A stretch of DNA of 64,000 bases from Lama glama (lineage: Eukaryota), in contig CM052817.1 in assembly GCA_028534125.1 (NCBI GenBank), positions 98,024,001 through 98,088,000 of the forward strand, read 5' to 3'. The notes beneath the pieces were generated by a model. The model was not told where the DNA came from and searched no databases. It worked only from the letters and a program-made list of their open reading frames with translations. Both the position numbers and the translations under genes were made by a program. Positions 23,891-36,262 of this stretch are shown here, piece by piece. The stretch's first letter is position 1. The number at the start of each line of letters is the position of its first letter.

Positions 23891-26144
23891 AGTTAGACAA
23901 TGAAAAATAAGTACCATATGATTTCACTTTTATGTGGAATCTAAAAAAAAACAAGACAAAACAATACAAAACAAAAAAAAATCTCATAAATACAGAGAGC
24001 CGACTGGTAGTTATCAGAGGGGAAGGGGTTTAGGCAATGAACCAAATGGGTAAAGGGGATTAATTTTATGGTGGCAGATGGTTAAGTAGACTTTTTGTTG
24101 TGTACACAAAGATCAAATTATTATATTGCATACCTGAAGCTAATATATGTTATATACCAATTTTATCTCGAATAAAATTATTTAATTTTAAAAAACAAAT
24201 AATGGAAATATTGTTTATGTGATTGCTTGGCTGGGAGTGGGTAGGGGGACCACTGAGTGAGAAGAGACAGAGCTGAATTCAGTAGTATTCATTTGAAGGT
24301 AAAGGGATTTTGCAGCCTACTCAAGTTTAATTAAAAATGAATGTGGCAAATTGTTTTAAAAGATTGTACACAGAGATTATCTCAAATTGCCATGGGAAAA
24401 ACAGAAATGCCTCATTAAAAAACACATTGAGACTTTTTTATATATATAAACTCCATCATTTATATTTTAGCTTAGAAAAACTCTGTACTTCTAAAAAAAA
24501 AAAAGCTAGCTGAAATATGTCATCATCATTTTTATATACCCCAGGATATTATGTATATGTGTTCCAGTGATTTTTGTGTACGTCAACATCACAAAAATCA
24601 TTTTAAAGGAAACTTGCAAAGCTTTGTAAAAATGAAATAAAACCACTGGATAATTAAAGGATTACTGAAATATTCACAGAAGTGAAACTAGCAGTAAAAT
24701 TGAGTCAATCCTGGGGAGCCTCCAAAAATTAGGCTGGGTGGGTATCATGATGCTGCTTTTTTGTGCAATTTCTTGGCATCAGGCAGAGGTTCTACCTCTT
24801 CCCAGTTCTAAGCTATGTTTGCATGCTTCTTAAATCTCTTGATATTTTTAACTGAAAGATTTAGTTGAACAAAAAGATCAATTTTACTGATGTTTTTGTC
24901 ATTGAGTTGAAGAAGAGTTTGGTGGTGTATAACCACGTCATACAGCGACACAAAGACAGGCTTTCCTCAAAAGCCAAAAAGAAATACCTAGTTACTTTTC
25001 TGCTTTTTCCTTTCTGATCCTGAAGAGCCAAAGCATCTCAAACGTAGTTGAGTGGTTGAAGATGTGAGCAAGAGGTTATGGAATGGACATGATGTGGAAA
25101 ATAAATAAATCTTTCGAAAAATTTTAAGACTGCTGGAGTAATTTGTTCCACCCTTTAAAGAATTTAAACGTACATTCTGTGGTTTTAGGAAGAAAGGATA
25201 TCCGTATTATTAATAAGCATGAACAGCTTTAGGGTAAGCATGAGTGATCATGCAGAGAAAATAAAGGCACTGTACAACTAAATTATTATTCTTAATATCA
25301 TATTGCTTCTCTTTAAATTGTGTTTTTTGTGATGATGACTGTTCATGAGCCAGATTATCTATGACCTATTTCTTCCTTGAAATTCCCCAAATTGTCAGAG
25401 TGTATGATGAATATAATATGCATATACATGAAACTGAGAAATACTCGTCCCTAAAAGAAATCTCCTTCTCGGGTGGGACTATGCATAGACAATTTGTCAA
25501 CACCATGGTGTCTCAGGGAGTAAAGTTTTCTAAGCAATCAGGCTCTTTTGTGTCAACATCTGCTGTTTTATACATTAAAGGGTTAATGAACTCTAGAGAT
25601 CTGTGAGAGAAAATTTCAGAGACCAGCAAAACACAGGGCTTCTTTTTGCCCCTTGGTAACCCCCTGGGAGGGATTATATTTGTCCTGGGCCGTAATTACT
25701 TGCTTAGTCAACTCAAGACTCCTCAGGCAAGTTATCTGCTTCGTGCAGTTTATCTGAGACAAATCTTGCTTTCAGGTATTTACGGACAGTTAACACCTGC
25801 CAGGGCACATTAACTGCTCGGTTAACATCTTACATTTGTTCCATGAACCCGGACTTTCTAAAGACTAAAGCCTTACTGGTAGAATTTGAAACTGAAGTAT
25901 TTCCCTCTATTAGCTACGGGGGAGGAGGTTTCAAAGGGGGAAAATAAGACACGCTGTTCTAAATGCAAGACCCAATTATTTGCTTTTTATAAGAAATGAA
26001 CTTTGACATGTAGATGCAGCTAAAATTAAATGGGGAGAAAAAGATATATCATCAAAGCACTAAACCTAAGAAAACTTACTATGACTTAAAAGAGAAATAC
26101 CTTTTTCTGTCATTTAAGTCGTACACTCAATAAACCACACATAA

Positions 26145-26340
26145 ATTACCAAGGGCCCAGGCTTCTTCTAATTCGTTGCTCTTTCATCCTCAGGGTAAAA
26201 TGCTCATCTTGATGTAAGATGCCTCAATCCCATGTTCATAGAACAAGAGAAAGTGAGGGGAGAGGCCATCTTCCTCTCTTTCAGAGCATGGCAGAGGAGT
26301 TTTCACACATTAATGGGACTTAGACATATGGTGGTCAATG
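26145..26340 (-). mobile_element. Old MaLR LTR fragment (MLT1J-like)
   Basis: 'caagggcccaggcttcttcta...gctctttcatcctcaggg...aagatgcc' resembles internal MLT1J sequence; heavily diverged. Confidence 0.4.
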
Positions 26341-26349
26341 GATTGTTTA

Positions 26350-27580
26350 CAAGATAAAGGTAAAGAAACTCTCCAGAAATGCAATAAAAAGTAAGGTCCT
26401 GTAAAATAGGAGAGAAAATATTAGATCATCTATAAGGCAGTCTGGAAAATAGAAAGATGGAGTAGAAAATTATTAAGCATGTGTGTGTATATATATATAT
26501 ATATATAAAATATATTTATATATACATACACACATACATATATATAAACACATATTTCTCAGACTGAAGGAAATGCATTTCTAGATTAAGAGGAAATTTC
26601 ATAACTGTTTACAAAGAGAAAATCTTAACATTTTTCAGAGAAAAAGTGGTCCCACAAAGTACATTGGGAATATGAATTATATAGGTTTTCTCACAACAAC
26701 AGTGGAGGCTAGAAAGAAAGAACTGTGCCTTCAGATTTTGATTTGAAATGCTTTCAAACTTAAGAGTTCTATTTCCAATGAAATAGCAACAATATCTGCG
26801 AACAGAGTAAAGCATTTTCAGACACGGGAGTTTTCAAAAATTTTATCTTATGTGAATTTCTCAGGAAGCACTTGAAGGATGTGCTTCATCAAAACTAGGA
26901 TGTAATCCATGAAAAGCAAACCCATGATCCAGGAATTGGGGATTTAGTACTCAATATAATTAAAGGGATGGTGGTCACTGAGAATGAAAGAAAAAGCCAA
27001 GAGAATAATCACTTCTGGCTGTAAAATGGAGCTGAATTCTCTGGGAGGAGACTTTCCGATAAGAAAGTAGAACTGTATTGGGAGGGGATTTCATCCTTCT
27101 GGAAGAGAGTTTGGTGATGAATTAGTGATAAGTAGATGAAATTCTAAGCCATAAAAGATGAAATGATAAAAAGTTGTACATCAGAAAACATATAGTAATA
27201 GTATTCTGTGTGGCTCAGTATAAATATTTATACATCAATAATAAAGTAAACTTAAAAATGGACTTAAGAACTGTGAGATAATTGTGTTTGTGGGAGGTGA
27301 GCAGAAAGCCCCTAGAGAGCTAAAGCTTCATCTTCTACAGCAGAAAATCAATGGGCAATATCTGAAAATGAAAAACAGTCAAGAAATAAGAGTATAAGCA
27401 TGTTAGTCAGAAACATGGGGGAAATGAAAAGGGTGAATGTGGCTTCCTCTTGAGAAAGGCAGTGAGACTTTGGAAGATTTGGGGGCAGGAAACTGCTGTT
27501 TCTCATTATAAGCCTGGTAGAACTATTTGACTTTTATAATTATGTTCATGTGTAATTTTGATGGTAATAAAAACAATAAT
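26350..27580 (+). mobile_element. HAL1 (half-L1, ORF1-only element)
   Basis: ORF1-like 'ttctcacaacaacagtggaggctagaaag...tgccttcagattttg' and 'tttctcaggaagcacttgaaggatgtgcttcatcaaaac', then a HAL1-type 3' end 'actgctgtttctcattataagcctggtagaactatttgactttt' with no ORF2 in between. Confidence 0.75.
26480..26552. repeat. (TG)/(TA)/(CA) compound microsatellite
   Basis: Directly visible dinucleotide runs. Confidence 0.9.
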
Positions 27581-29039
27581 TTAACAAGAAGTGAAGTTGT
27601 GAATTAGTGTGATTAAATTCTACAGCTTTCTACTAGAACATTGGTTCTCCAGCAAATAGGATCGTGATGTTTCCAATTTAAAACAGAAAAAAATGAAAGA
27701 AATGAAGATCAATAAATAGAAAAATAAATACGATAAATGGTCAATTTAGGAAATTTTCATCAACAAAATGACCGAATCATTTAGCATTTCATGTGGCTTG
27801 GGACTTGCTCTCAGGAGCATGGAAAAAGTGATGAAGGGCGTTCTTGGCTTTGTCCAGAGACAGAGAGAGAGCGATGCCCTTTAGGAGCCCAGAATAGTGA
27901 AACAGACGCCTGGGTACATTTTATAGGGTACCTCAGAGCAGGCACAAAGCACTTTGACCTTTCCTAAGGAAAGGTCAAAGAGTCTTCTAACAGATGTTAG
28001 CAGAGATGAAGAAATATAGTAAATAATGAACATTTTATGTTTTGTAGAAGTAAAGTCACTTATCAGAAATCTTTAGTGAAACTTCTATTGCATTCTCTGG
28101 CCTACAAATATGAAGGGAAAAAAAATTTACCTGGGAAGAACATTTTTTTACCCAATGGATGCTGCATCTATCTAAGCCTTAAGCTCAACTCAGTCAAGAG
28201 CTCCCGGTGGAATAGAAGACAGAAAGCTGGAGCTTCTCCTGAATCTGGGAGGAAAGGACAGAGGAGTCACAGGAGGGAAGAGAAGGGGAAGAGGAGGAGA
28301 GAGCAGATGGAGGGTGGAATGATTTAAACTTGCAACGGGTCTCTTGAGATCCTTGAGAAAATGTTGGAAGCTGTGGGAAAATAACTTGCAGATCATCCTG
28401 GAGAACATCAGATACTACCTGAGGGAGCTGTGAGGTAGCAGGAACTGGCTCTGCGCTGCGCCTGCCAGAGGCTGCTATTTGAGAAGAACTGACTAATCTC
28501 CATAAATGGTTCTTCATGGACATACATATGACCTTGAGATTGGAAGTTTTAAAGGCGACAACTCATTCTTCCATGACAGGCTTAGACATTAAACATGACA
28601 AATCTGCAATTTTGTACAATAAAGACTAAGAACTGAGGTGATAAAATAATATCAAGAATGCTCCATTGAGTGAATGGTAGGTAACACTGGGAAAAGAGAA
28701 AAAAACATCGCTCTTAATATTTCTGCTTCCCGGCAGTCCCTTGTTCCTCCCATCTCTTCTTCTCCTTCTAGTATTAGAGCTGTTTCTCGAAAAGGCAGAT
28801 TTGGTCTCTGCTCCCAAACCCTTGATTTTAAAACTAGGTCAGAACGCTTTAGTGATGCGATGCTGCTTCATTCCACCTTCCCAGCATCGCTTCTCTCCAT
28901 TTCCCCCACAACGCGCAGGCTAGTTGTTCTTGCCTCTGCAGGCAGGAGCCAGCGCTGTTTCTACCTGCAGTGTGTGTCTACCTGCCTTCTTTTTAAAGCT
29001 AAGCTCAATACAGCCGCCTTTCTGGTACTTTCCCTGTCT

Positions 29040-29177
29040 TCCTTGGACGGGATTCATTACTGCTGGTGCAATGTCCTTGTGGTTGATTACAGTACCATTG
29101 CACTGACATAATTATATTGTGATTATCCATTTCTCCCACTAATTTGAGTTACTCAAAGGAAGAAAATGTTATATATA

Positions 29178-29210
<33 letters not shown>

Positions 29211-29290
29211 AGTCCCCAGTACTTTGCATAGATCCTGATTCAAGCAAGGGGCTTCCTAAAAATTTACAGAAGTTAGTAATGAATGGGTGA
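29040..29290 (+). mobile_element. L2 3' end containing (TG)n at 29184-29210
   Basis: 'ttctcccactaatttgagttactcaaaggaag...tccccagtactttgcatagatcctg...aatgaatg'. Confidence 0.65.
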
Positions 29291-29415
29291 GAAATGGAGA
29301 TTTTCATGTCAAAGGATGAGAACGATGCTATAAGGTATTCTGAGTGCTAGACTGTAAATCATAGTCAATCTGGAAAAAGATCTCATTCTGTTCCGCTGTT
29401 CTTAGATTCACTAGA

Positions 29416-29600
29416 TGTTTTGGGGTTTTTTTGCTTGTTTGTTTGGCTGGTTGTTTTTGGGGGGTTTTTTGGTCGCCTTTTTTTTCAGGGGGGGAAGGTA
29501 ATTAGGTTTCTTTACTTATCTTTAATGGCAGTACTGGGAATTGAACGCAGACCACATGCATGCTAAGCACGTGCTCTACCACTGAGCTCTACCCTCCCCC
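29416..29600 (-). mobile_element. Camelid tRNA-derived SINE (vic-1 family)
   Basis: Reverse complement 'gggggagggtagagctcagtggtagagcacgtgcttagcatgcatgtggtctgcgttcaattcccagtactgcc...aaacctaattaccttcccccc' has Pol III A/B boxes and an A-rich tail; 12-bp TSD AGATTCACTAGA at 29404-29415 and 29604-29615. Confidence 0.9.
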
Positions 29601-30844
29601 TTCAGATTCACTAGAAATTTCTCTCCGTGTCTGTCCCAGTCATCCTTATGGCTGAATGTCCTTTGTTACTACTACAACCATGTTGTGTTTCACAGGCAAC
29701 GGGCGAACATTTCCAACTATGCTCTTGAGAGAGGGGTGAGTAAGCCCAGTCCTGAAGAACAGAAGAAAATAACGGAGGATGGGAAATGATAGAATTAAAC
29801 CACATACAAAGAAAATTGCCATCGTGAGCGTTTTATATTAACCTTTTAAAAGGATGGATTATCCATTCCGAGCACAAATATATCAATCAGGGGAGATTAT
29901 AGAGGCAAGAGATGTGACAGCAGCTGTGTGGTTTGCCTGATGATTCTGGAATCCCAACATTTTTCAGCTTGGTCGTACAGAAGATGAGGACTAGGAATTA
30001 TAGGAGGCTGCGAGGAGAATACAAATGTCTTGTACACCAAAGAAGAAGAAAGACCCCAAAGATCAAGACTTCAGAATGTTGTTGGTGAAATGACTTCCTC
30101 TAGACTTTCAGAAGAGTTTTTTTTTCACCGTGTCATCACATTTCAATATCTGAGGCATTCTAAATTGGGGACATTCTGACCCTTATTAAAAGAAACAGGA
30201 AAATCAGCTGTTCTTTGTTCTAGATGACAGAATTAGAGAGGAAAAAACCCAAGTATACACTGTACATATACACACACTTATTCAATACAAATACAAACAT
30301 TTAACAAGAGCTCAGACACCACAGCTCAACACCAAGAACTGAGAAGTGTCTACTGTAAATATTTAGAAAACTTCCACCCTGGAATTATACGCACTCATTT
30401 CTGTCCTGCACGGTGCTCGGTGCATATCTGGTTTTCAGCAAATGCTAAATTGATTTGTGGAATTTAGATAGAGGATGAAGCATAAAAAATAAACCTTTGA
30501 AAGTTTTTTCGATACTCAGCTTTGCTTTTCAACATTTTGTTTTGTTTTAGTAGACCTAGAGTATATTTGGTTAGAGTATTTGTAATTAAAAAAAACCAAC
30601 AAAACTAAAAAAGTTGGTTAAATCTCAGGCTGATGGAGGGGATGGACAGAGTGTGACTTCCACAAGGGAGCTGGAGGGCAGTGTGATCATGCCAGGAAGG
30701 CACCTCCACATCGCCATTGGGCTTATCTTCCAGAGTAACAGCAGGAAATTTTCAGCGAACACAGGGGTAAAGAAAGCAAGTTGTTGCCCTTCCTTAATAG
30801 GCCTTGGTAAGTTACACGCAACATAAAGTTGCATTTTGATCTAA

Positions 30845-30985
30845 ATGATTGTTTAGTCATCCATTCAATGAGCAATTTTTAAGCGCCTATTTTGCATCAG
30901 GAACTGCTGCTATAGCTACATGAGAGTCATGAGCAAATAAAACAGATCCCTGCCCTTGTAGAGCTTACGTTCTAGCGGGAAATCA
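30845..30985 (-). mobile_element. L2 3' end
   Basis: 'catccattcaatgagcaatttttaagcgcctattttgcatcagg...atccctgcccttgtagagcttacgttctag'. Confidence 0.8.
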
Positions 30986-31774
30986 TGACTTCCAGAGGGG
31001 CAAGTCTTTGGGGTGTGCAGAAAGTTTAAGAGTATTCTTTAAAAAGAAAAGCACTTTGTATTCTCTTTTCAATGACCAATCCACCTGTTTTCCTAAAGGC
31101 AAGAGTTAAAAAATGTCAGAATAAGTTATGTGAAATGTACACTTAACATTAAGGTTAAATATTTTTTAAAGATTTTCAAAAATGACAGCAACCTCTTGCC
31201 CCAAAGGATGAAACCTTCTGTAGCTAAACTTATATTTCTGTCAAACTCCCATCATTCTTTAAGGTGGGAGACAGCTGATCATTTACACATATTCTCATAT
31301 TGATGAAATAGCCTGTCGTGGGAGGATTTTCTTTATTCTTACTGGTTGCAGAGCACAGGACAATTACAAGTTTATTCCTCTTCTGGACAGGTGAAAATTC
31401 CATGAACAATTATTTATGGTTAATGCTCTATTAACTTGTCCAAGGATCCAAAAAATAAAAATATCACAGAACAGCAACACAGGATTGTCTGTTGCACTGT
31501 TGCTTTCCTGAGATATCTGGCTAGAAGATATGCGGCTTATAAAACGAAAGTTTTTCATTCATCGGTTTGTGGAACCCACATAGAAACACAGCCTTTAAAT
31601 ATGTGCTGTTTTTCCTTGACACCCATCACTGAAAACCTTTCCAAGGTCAAGAACACTTGAAAATGTGAATGGGTCATTCTCCATGACGTTGCAGGGCTGA
31701 GTCTCTGCCGACAGAAGACATATACGTGGGATTCAGAATAGCTCCTTAGAGTAAAGCTTTGAAAAAACTAGAAA

Positions 31775-31980
31775 TGACCATTATTGATGAAAAGTCTATT
31801 ATGTACCAGCAGTGCGCTCGGAACTCTGTACGAGTTACTTGGTAGTACTCACCACAACCTTATGACATGGATTTTAGTATATACATTGTGTAGATTAGGA
31901 ATTTATTAATATGTAAGCTCGAAGACATGATCTGAACCTCAGTCTAACTCCTAATTTCATATGTTTCCCACAGTGCACCA
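31775..31980 (-). mobile_element. MIR SINE
   Basis: 'ctattatgtaccagcagtgcgct...ctcaccacaaccttatgac...gatctgaacctcagtctaactcc'. Confidence 0.65.
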
Positions 31981-34064
31981 GTCCCTCTTTCAATAAGAGT
32001 TGGAATAGACAGCAAACTGCTTTCCCTTACTGATGTGACGCCTGGTTTTATAAGAGCTTCTTTACCAATACGTACTACTGTGGTATTAAGACCAAAATCT
32101 GGTTGTCAAACTAAGAGCATCTATAAATTTTAAGAGACTAGAAAGTTTATTAGGTATTTTTTAATGCACTTTATAGAACAAGAGGTTTTTGTTTTCTTTT
32201 TCTGTTAACATAGGCAAGCAAATAAAATACTCACTTCAGTATATTCTGTTTCAAAATATTCTGGGCATCAGATCATAAACAAGAGTAAAAAAAATTAAAA
32301 CTTCATATGAATACCTAATGAAGGGTTTTTTTTTGTGTGTGTATGAAATGAACTCATTTCAGGTCCACAGAAAGGTAAAATGCTGTAAAGTTGAACTCAT
32401 AAAAATAGAGAATCTGTAAAACTGGTATTGTTTGGCTTATAGTGTGCATAAAATCAATGGAAGGTAGAAGAGAGTTTGGCTCGAAAAATGGGTACAGGCA
32501 TGCATTTCTGAGCTACGTGATTTTGTGCTTGATGCCTTAGATCTCTGCTGTGTATTTCCATTAAAGAAAATTGTATTTTCTAACATAAAACCTCAGCAGG
32601 CATGCACTTGGCTAACAAGGGGGAAATTTGGTCCCAGTTTTCCATAATACATTCATGAAGGGATTTGAGGCAACCAACATTTACTGCAGAAGGAAAACGG
32701 AAAAAATGTTGTTCCCTGGCATTTTTAAAATAAACACAAAAGTTCAAGCTCTGAGCTATTAAGCTCTTTGGAGACAACATAAACACTGGCTTATTTCAAA
32801 CCCACTACGATCCCTGAATCAAACCCAGCCTTCATTTTCTGTTGTAATTCTTCCTGCAATCCCCCAGAGGGGAGGAGTTGGTGAAGGCACGGTCACCAGC
32901 CCAGGGTCTCAGCTGCATCCTACAACAGCAACATGAGAGCCAAGGTCTTCACTTAATCTCTCTTGATTTTACAGAATAAGCACCTTCTCTACTACTCTGC
33001 TCAGTCTATAGAGAAGCTCTTCGCTTTGCAGGTAAAGAACCACTTCTTCCCATGCTCTTTCCTTCAGGAAAAGAAGGAGCACATTCGGGGAGGGGGGTGT
33101 CTTCTGTGTGAGCCGGTGGAAAGAAATTCTTTTCAAGACATAGCTTGATTTACTCAGGATCTCTTGGGATATTATAACATGTCACGTGATCATTGTGATA
33201 AGGAAAACCTGTAGGAGCAAGGTCTGGACAGGCTGCTGACAAACCGCTGCACAATAAGACACAAAAGAGAGATGCTTTTATAGTTCTGAGGAAGAAGTTT
33301 CCACAACTTTTGTGGTTCTTCCAATCAAGAGATTTGCCTGGTTTTATCTGCCATGGAAAACAATGCCATCATCAAATAGCTTTTTCAAAATTCTCATCTC
33401 GGTGGAGAAAGAACAGCTGGCCACCATCACCTGAGTCATCTCCCCTCAGGCTGTTTTTAAACAGCGCTGTAGCACAATGGGCATGATGCTCCAGAGGCAG
33501 TTTCCTAAATGGACATGGAAGTCCTGAAGAGGATGATGCATGGGCAAATGTTCCTCAACTGACTCCATTTACACAGCTACAGCCAGGCCCATTCATTACA
33601 GGTGGGGGCTGCAAACTCATAGCTAAATGCAGGGCTACAGAGTCTCCCCTCCCATCTGCAGACCTGCAACCAGCAGCGACGTACGCACAGCCCGTAAGCA
33701 ATATGAACAAAGGCCCTCAGCCCTGATGATACCAAGGCTCATTTGTATAGAGACAAGTGATTGGTAAGTTGGGTAGGGGAAGAAGGCAAAGTTTTAACCA
33801 AAAAGATCTATAAGCAAACGTCACTAAAACAAGGGTAATTTTTTTTTATGTTTTGAATTTTACTTGCGGGTGCTTAATACCTATTAAATAAGCAATGAGA
33901 ATTAATACTTAGCTACAGGGCAGTGGTGATTTGCACTTTGATGACTGATGCTCGCAGAGCTCTGCAGATGATAGCTGCAGTACACGGTACATGCAAAATA
34001 TTTCCTTAAATACAATTCTGATTAGTTAAAATTTAAGGTTCACCTTCCACTAAGAATTCCTTTA

Positions 34065-34190
34065 GAGGGACGTTGAGCAAGACACTTGATCTTTGGTCTG
34101 GACCTTGATTTTCCCATTTGTAATACAAGAAGGTTAAAATAGTGGATCTCTAAGGTCCTTTTTACCTCTAACATTTTGTGATTCTAATTA
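34065..34190 (+). mobile_element. MIR3 SINE 3' part
   Basis: 'ttgagcaagacacttg...ttttcccatttgtaatacaagaagg...gatctctaaggtcctttttacctctaacattttgtgattcta'. Confidence 0.8.
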
Positions 34191-34284
34191 ACCGTACAGA
34201 TGAAGACGGATAGCATTTTGGATCTGGAAGAGATTCCGAAGGTGATTTATACAGAATTGTTCTTCTGACAATCATTTTTGTAAA

Positions 34285-34530
34285 TGACTTCACTTGTTGA
34301 ATGTTCATTATATGCCATGCACTATACAAACCACCTTCATACACCCTCCTATGCATCTCAGAAAAGTTCTGTGATTTAGGCAGTTGTCATCTTTGCCTAA
34401 GGAAACCAAGTCTCAGGACAATTAAATAAATTGCTTAGGAACATACAGACAGAAAAGAGTGGAACAGAAACTTGAACCCAGCTCTCTTTGGCTCCAGAAT
34501 CTATACTCTTAATCGTGACTGGGCTGCCTG
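34285..34530 (-). mobile_element. MIR SINE
   Basis: 'ttgaatgttcattatatgccatgcact...aaggaaaccaagtctcagg...cttgaacccagctctctttggctccagaatc'. Confidence 0.8.
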
Positions 34531-35709
34531 TGGCATAGCTTTGACGTGATCCCAGTGCCCTGGGAGTAGTCTGAACTCGCTCTCACACACTTCCTCACCA
34601 CCCCGTGACCTTCCTGCTTTCCCTCAGTTCAGAGCCAAGATTCCTTTTATCTCAGAGAAGCTGGCTGTCCATAAGTGAGAAAGGAGAGCCTCATTTTATT
34701 GCAGTGTTTGTGCTTAAACATCTGTGCAGGCAGGACGGGACGAGTGACTGTTCTGCCAGTCTTGAGATCTAACACAATACAATTCTTCTTTAGAATTTTA
34801 TCCGGGGTAACATGGTATTCCAATTTCTTGTTTCCTAGCAGAAGCCTTCTTTCCTAGCTTTCTCCTCCCCTGTCAGCTGACCAGTGGGGGGTCCCTCCGC
34901 TGGCCCCTTGCCACTCTCTCTTTCTTCCCTCCTTCTTTTGTTCTTTCACCCACTGTGCAAGCAATTAGTGCCATCAGATCCTTAATAAGCCAATTGAGTC
35001 CCACCCACATAGCTATTTTGCTCCTAATAAATCAATTCAGCTCTCACTGAGGAGACTGTCATGTTTACAACATCACAGTCAGTAGCTACATACTTCTGTA
35101 AGAAATAAGACGCTAAGGAGTATTTTTGGAATAAAACTTCATCTTTCTCTTTGTTGTGTAAGGGCTGGTGGTTGTGCTGCTGTGCTAGGATTTCCTCGTC
35201 TTAACCAGAGGCTTGAGAAGATGACTTAACAGTCATTTACAATATTTGTTTCATGGAAGGGGAGTGAATAGACAAAAGTCCACAGAGCTCTGTTTATATT
35301 GGGTCAAGGGATTTGAACAAGGCTGGAACAGTCCATTTGTGGCGACACTTCTCAATGATTTCCCTTCCACCATCCCATTGGAATGGGTGGATCCCATTAA
35401 AGAACATAATATCAAAAGTTTATCTTCAAATGACCTTGAGTTGATGGGAATTATCACTATCTATCCAATCTTTTTTTTTTCTTCAACCATATTAGCAGGG
35501 TTATTAAATTCAGATTTGAAACTTAAGTTTCCAAAAATTCCCATAGCTCTACCCTAGAATAGAGAAGGTTTTAGAACCACACATATAAACTGAAATTTAG
35601 AGACTCTCCTTAGGAGCACTAATGAATAAATAATGTGGTCAGTTGCTCACGTAACCCATTGATGAAACCCCCAAAGTGAGAAGTTGATGCTTGTGCCTTT
35701 CTCTACATT

Positions 35710-36262
35710 TCCAATCAGTTGGGCTCAGTCCTGGGAGCCAGTAAACGCCTCCTAGACCATTATTAGGCTACTGTTTTAAGGGAAATGGCATCAAAGCTTG
35801 ATCTACTCGAGGGAGAATGTCAAAATGGCAAATGGATAAGAAGTCCTGACATATAAGAAGTAGTAAGGGGTATTGACATATTTGTTTAGAAAAGGGAAGA
35901 GTTGTTTGGGGACAGGGAGTCAGTCCTGTACTGAGAAAGACCAAGGCATGTTGGCTGGTTTTAAGTACTTTAGTTTGTTCATGTGGAACAGGGACCAAAC
36001 TTGTTCATCGTGACTTTAAGAACAGAATTAGTGTCCATGAGTGAAAAAAGAGGCAGCCAGATTACAGTTAAATAAAATGTGAAATACTTTCTAAGAGCTA
36101 CAGCTATAAGGAGATGAGAGATATTAAGTTCCTTGTCTCTAGGGATGTATAAGCAGAGACCAAGGTCCAGGCTACAGTGATGTGATTGTATTGGGTTTGG
36201 GGAAAGAGGATGGGAAATAACTCACATTTAAAGTTTCTTTCTATGAAAGACTACAGTTCTAC
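35710..36262 (+). mobile_element. L3/CR1 LINE 3' end
   Basis: 'tgtttagaaaagggaaga', 'catgtggaacagggaccaaacttgttc', 'gaggcagccagatt...aatactttctaagagct', 'agttccttgtctctagggatgtataagcagagacc' are colinear with the L3 3' region. Confidence 0.7.

Larger units (their letters stand above)
19656..24204 (+). mobile_element. L1 LINE (laurasiatherian-era), partial 5' UTR to poly(A), with internal ORF2 deletion
   Basis: GC-rich 5' UTR, then ORF1, spacer, ORF2 EN/RT remnants, 3' UTR with AATAAA near 24171 and an A-rich tail; 10-bp TSD GAAATATTGT at 19646-19655 and 24205-24214. Confidence 0.95.

Noticed and set aside
29530..29600. tRNA gene (A and B boxes, tRNA-like 5' end)
   Set aside because: It continues into a SINE body and A-rich tail and is bounded by a 12-bp TSD, so it is a retroposed SINE.
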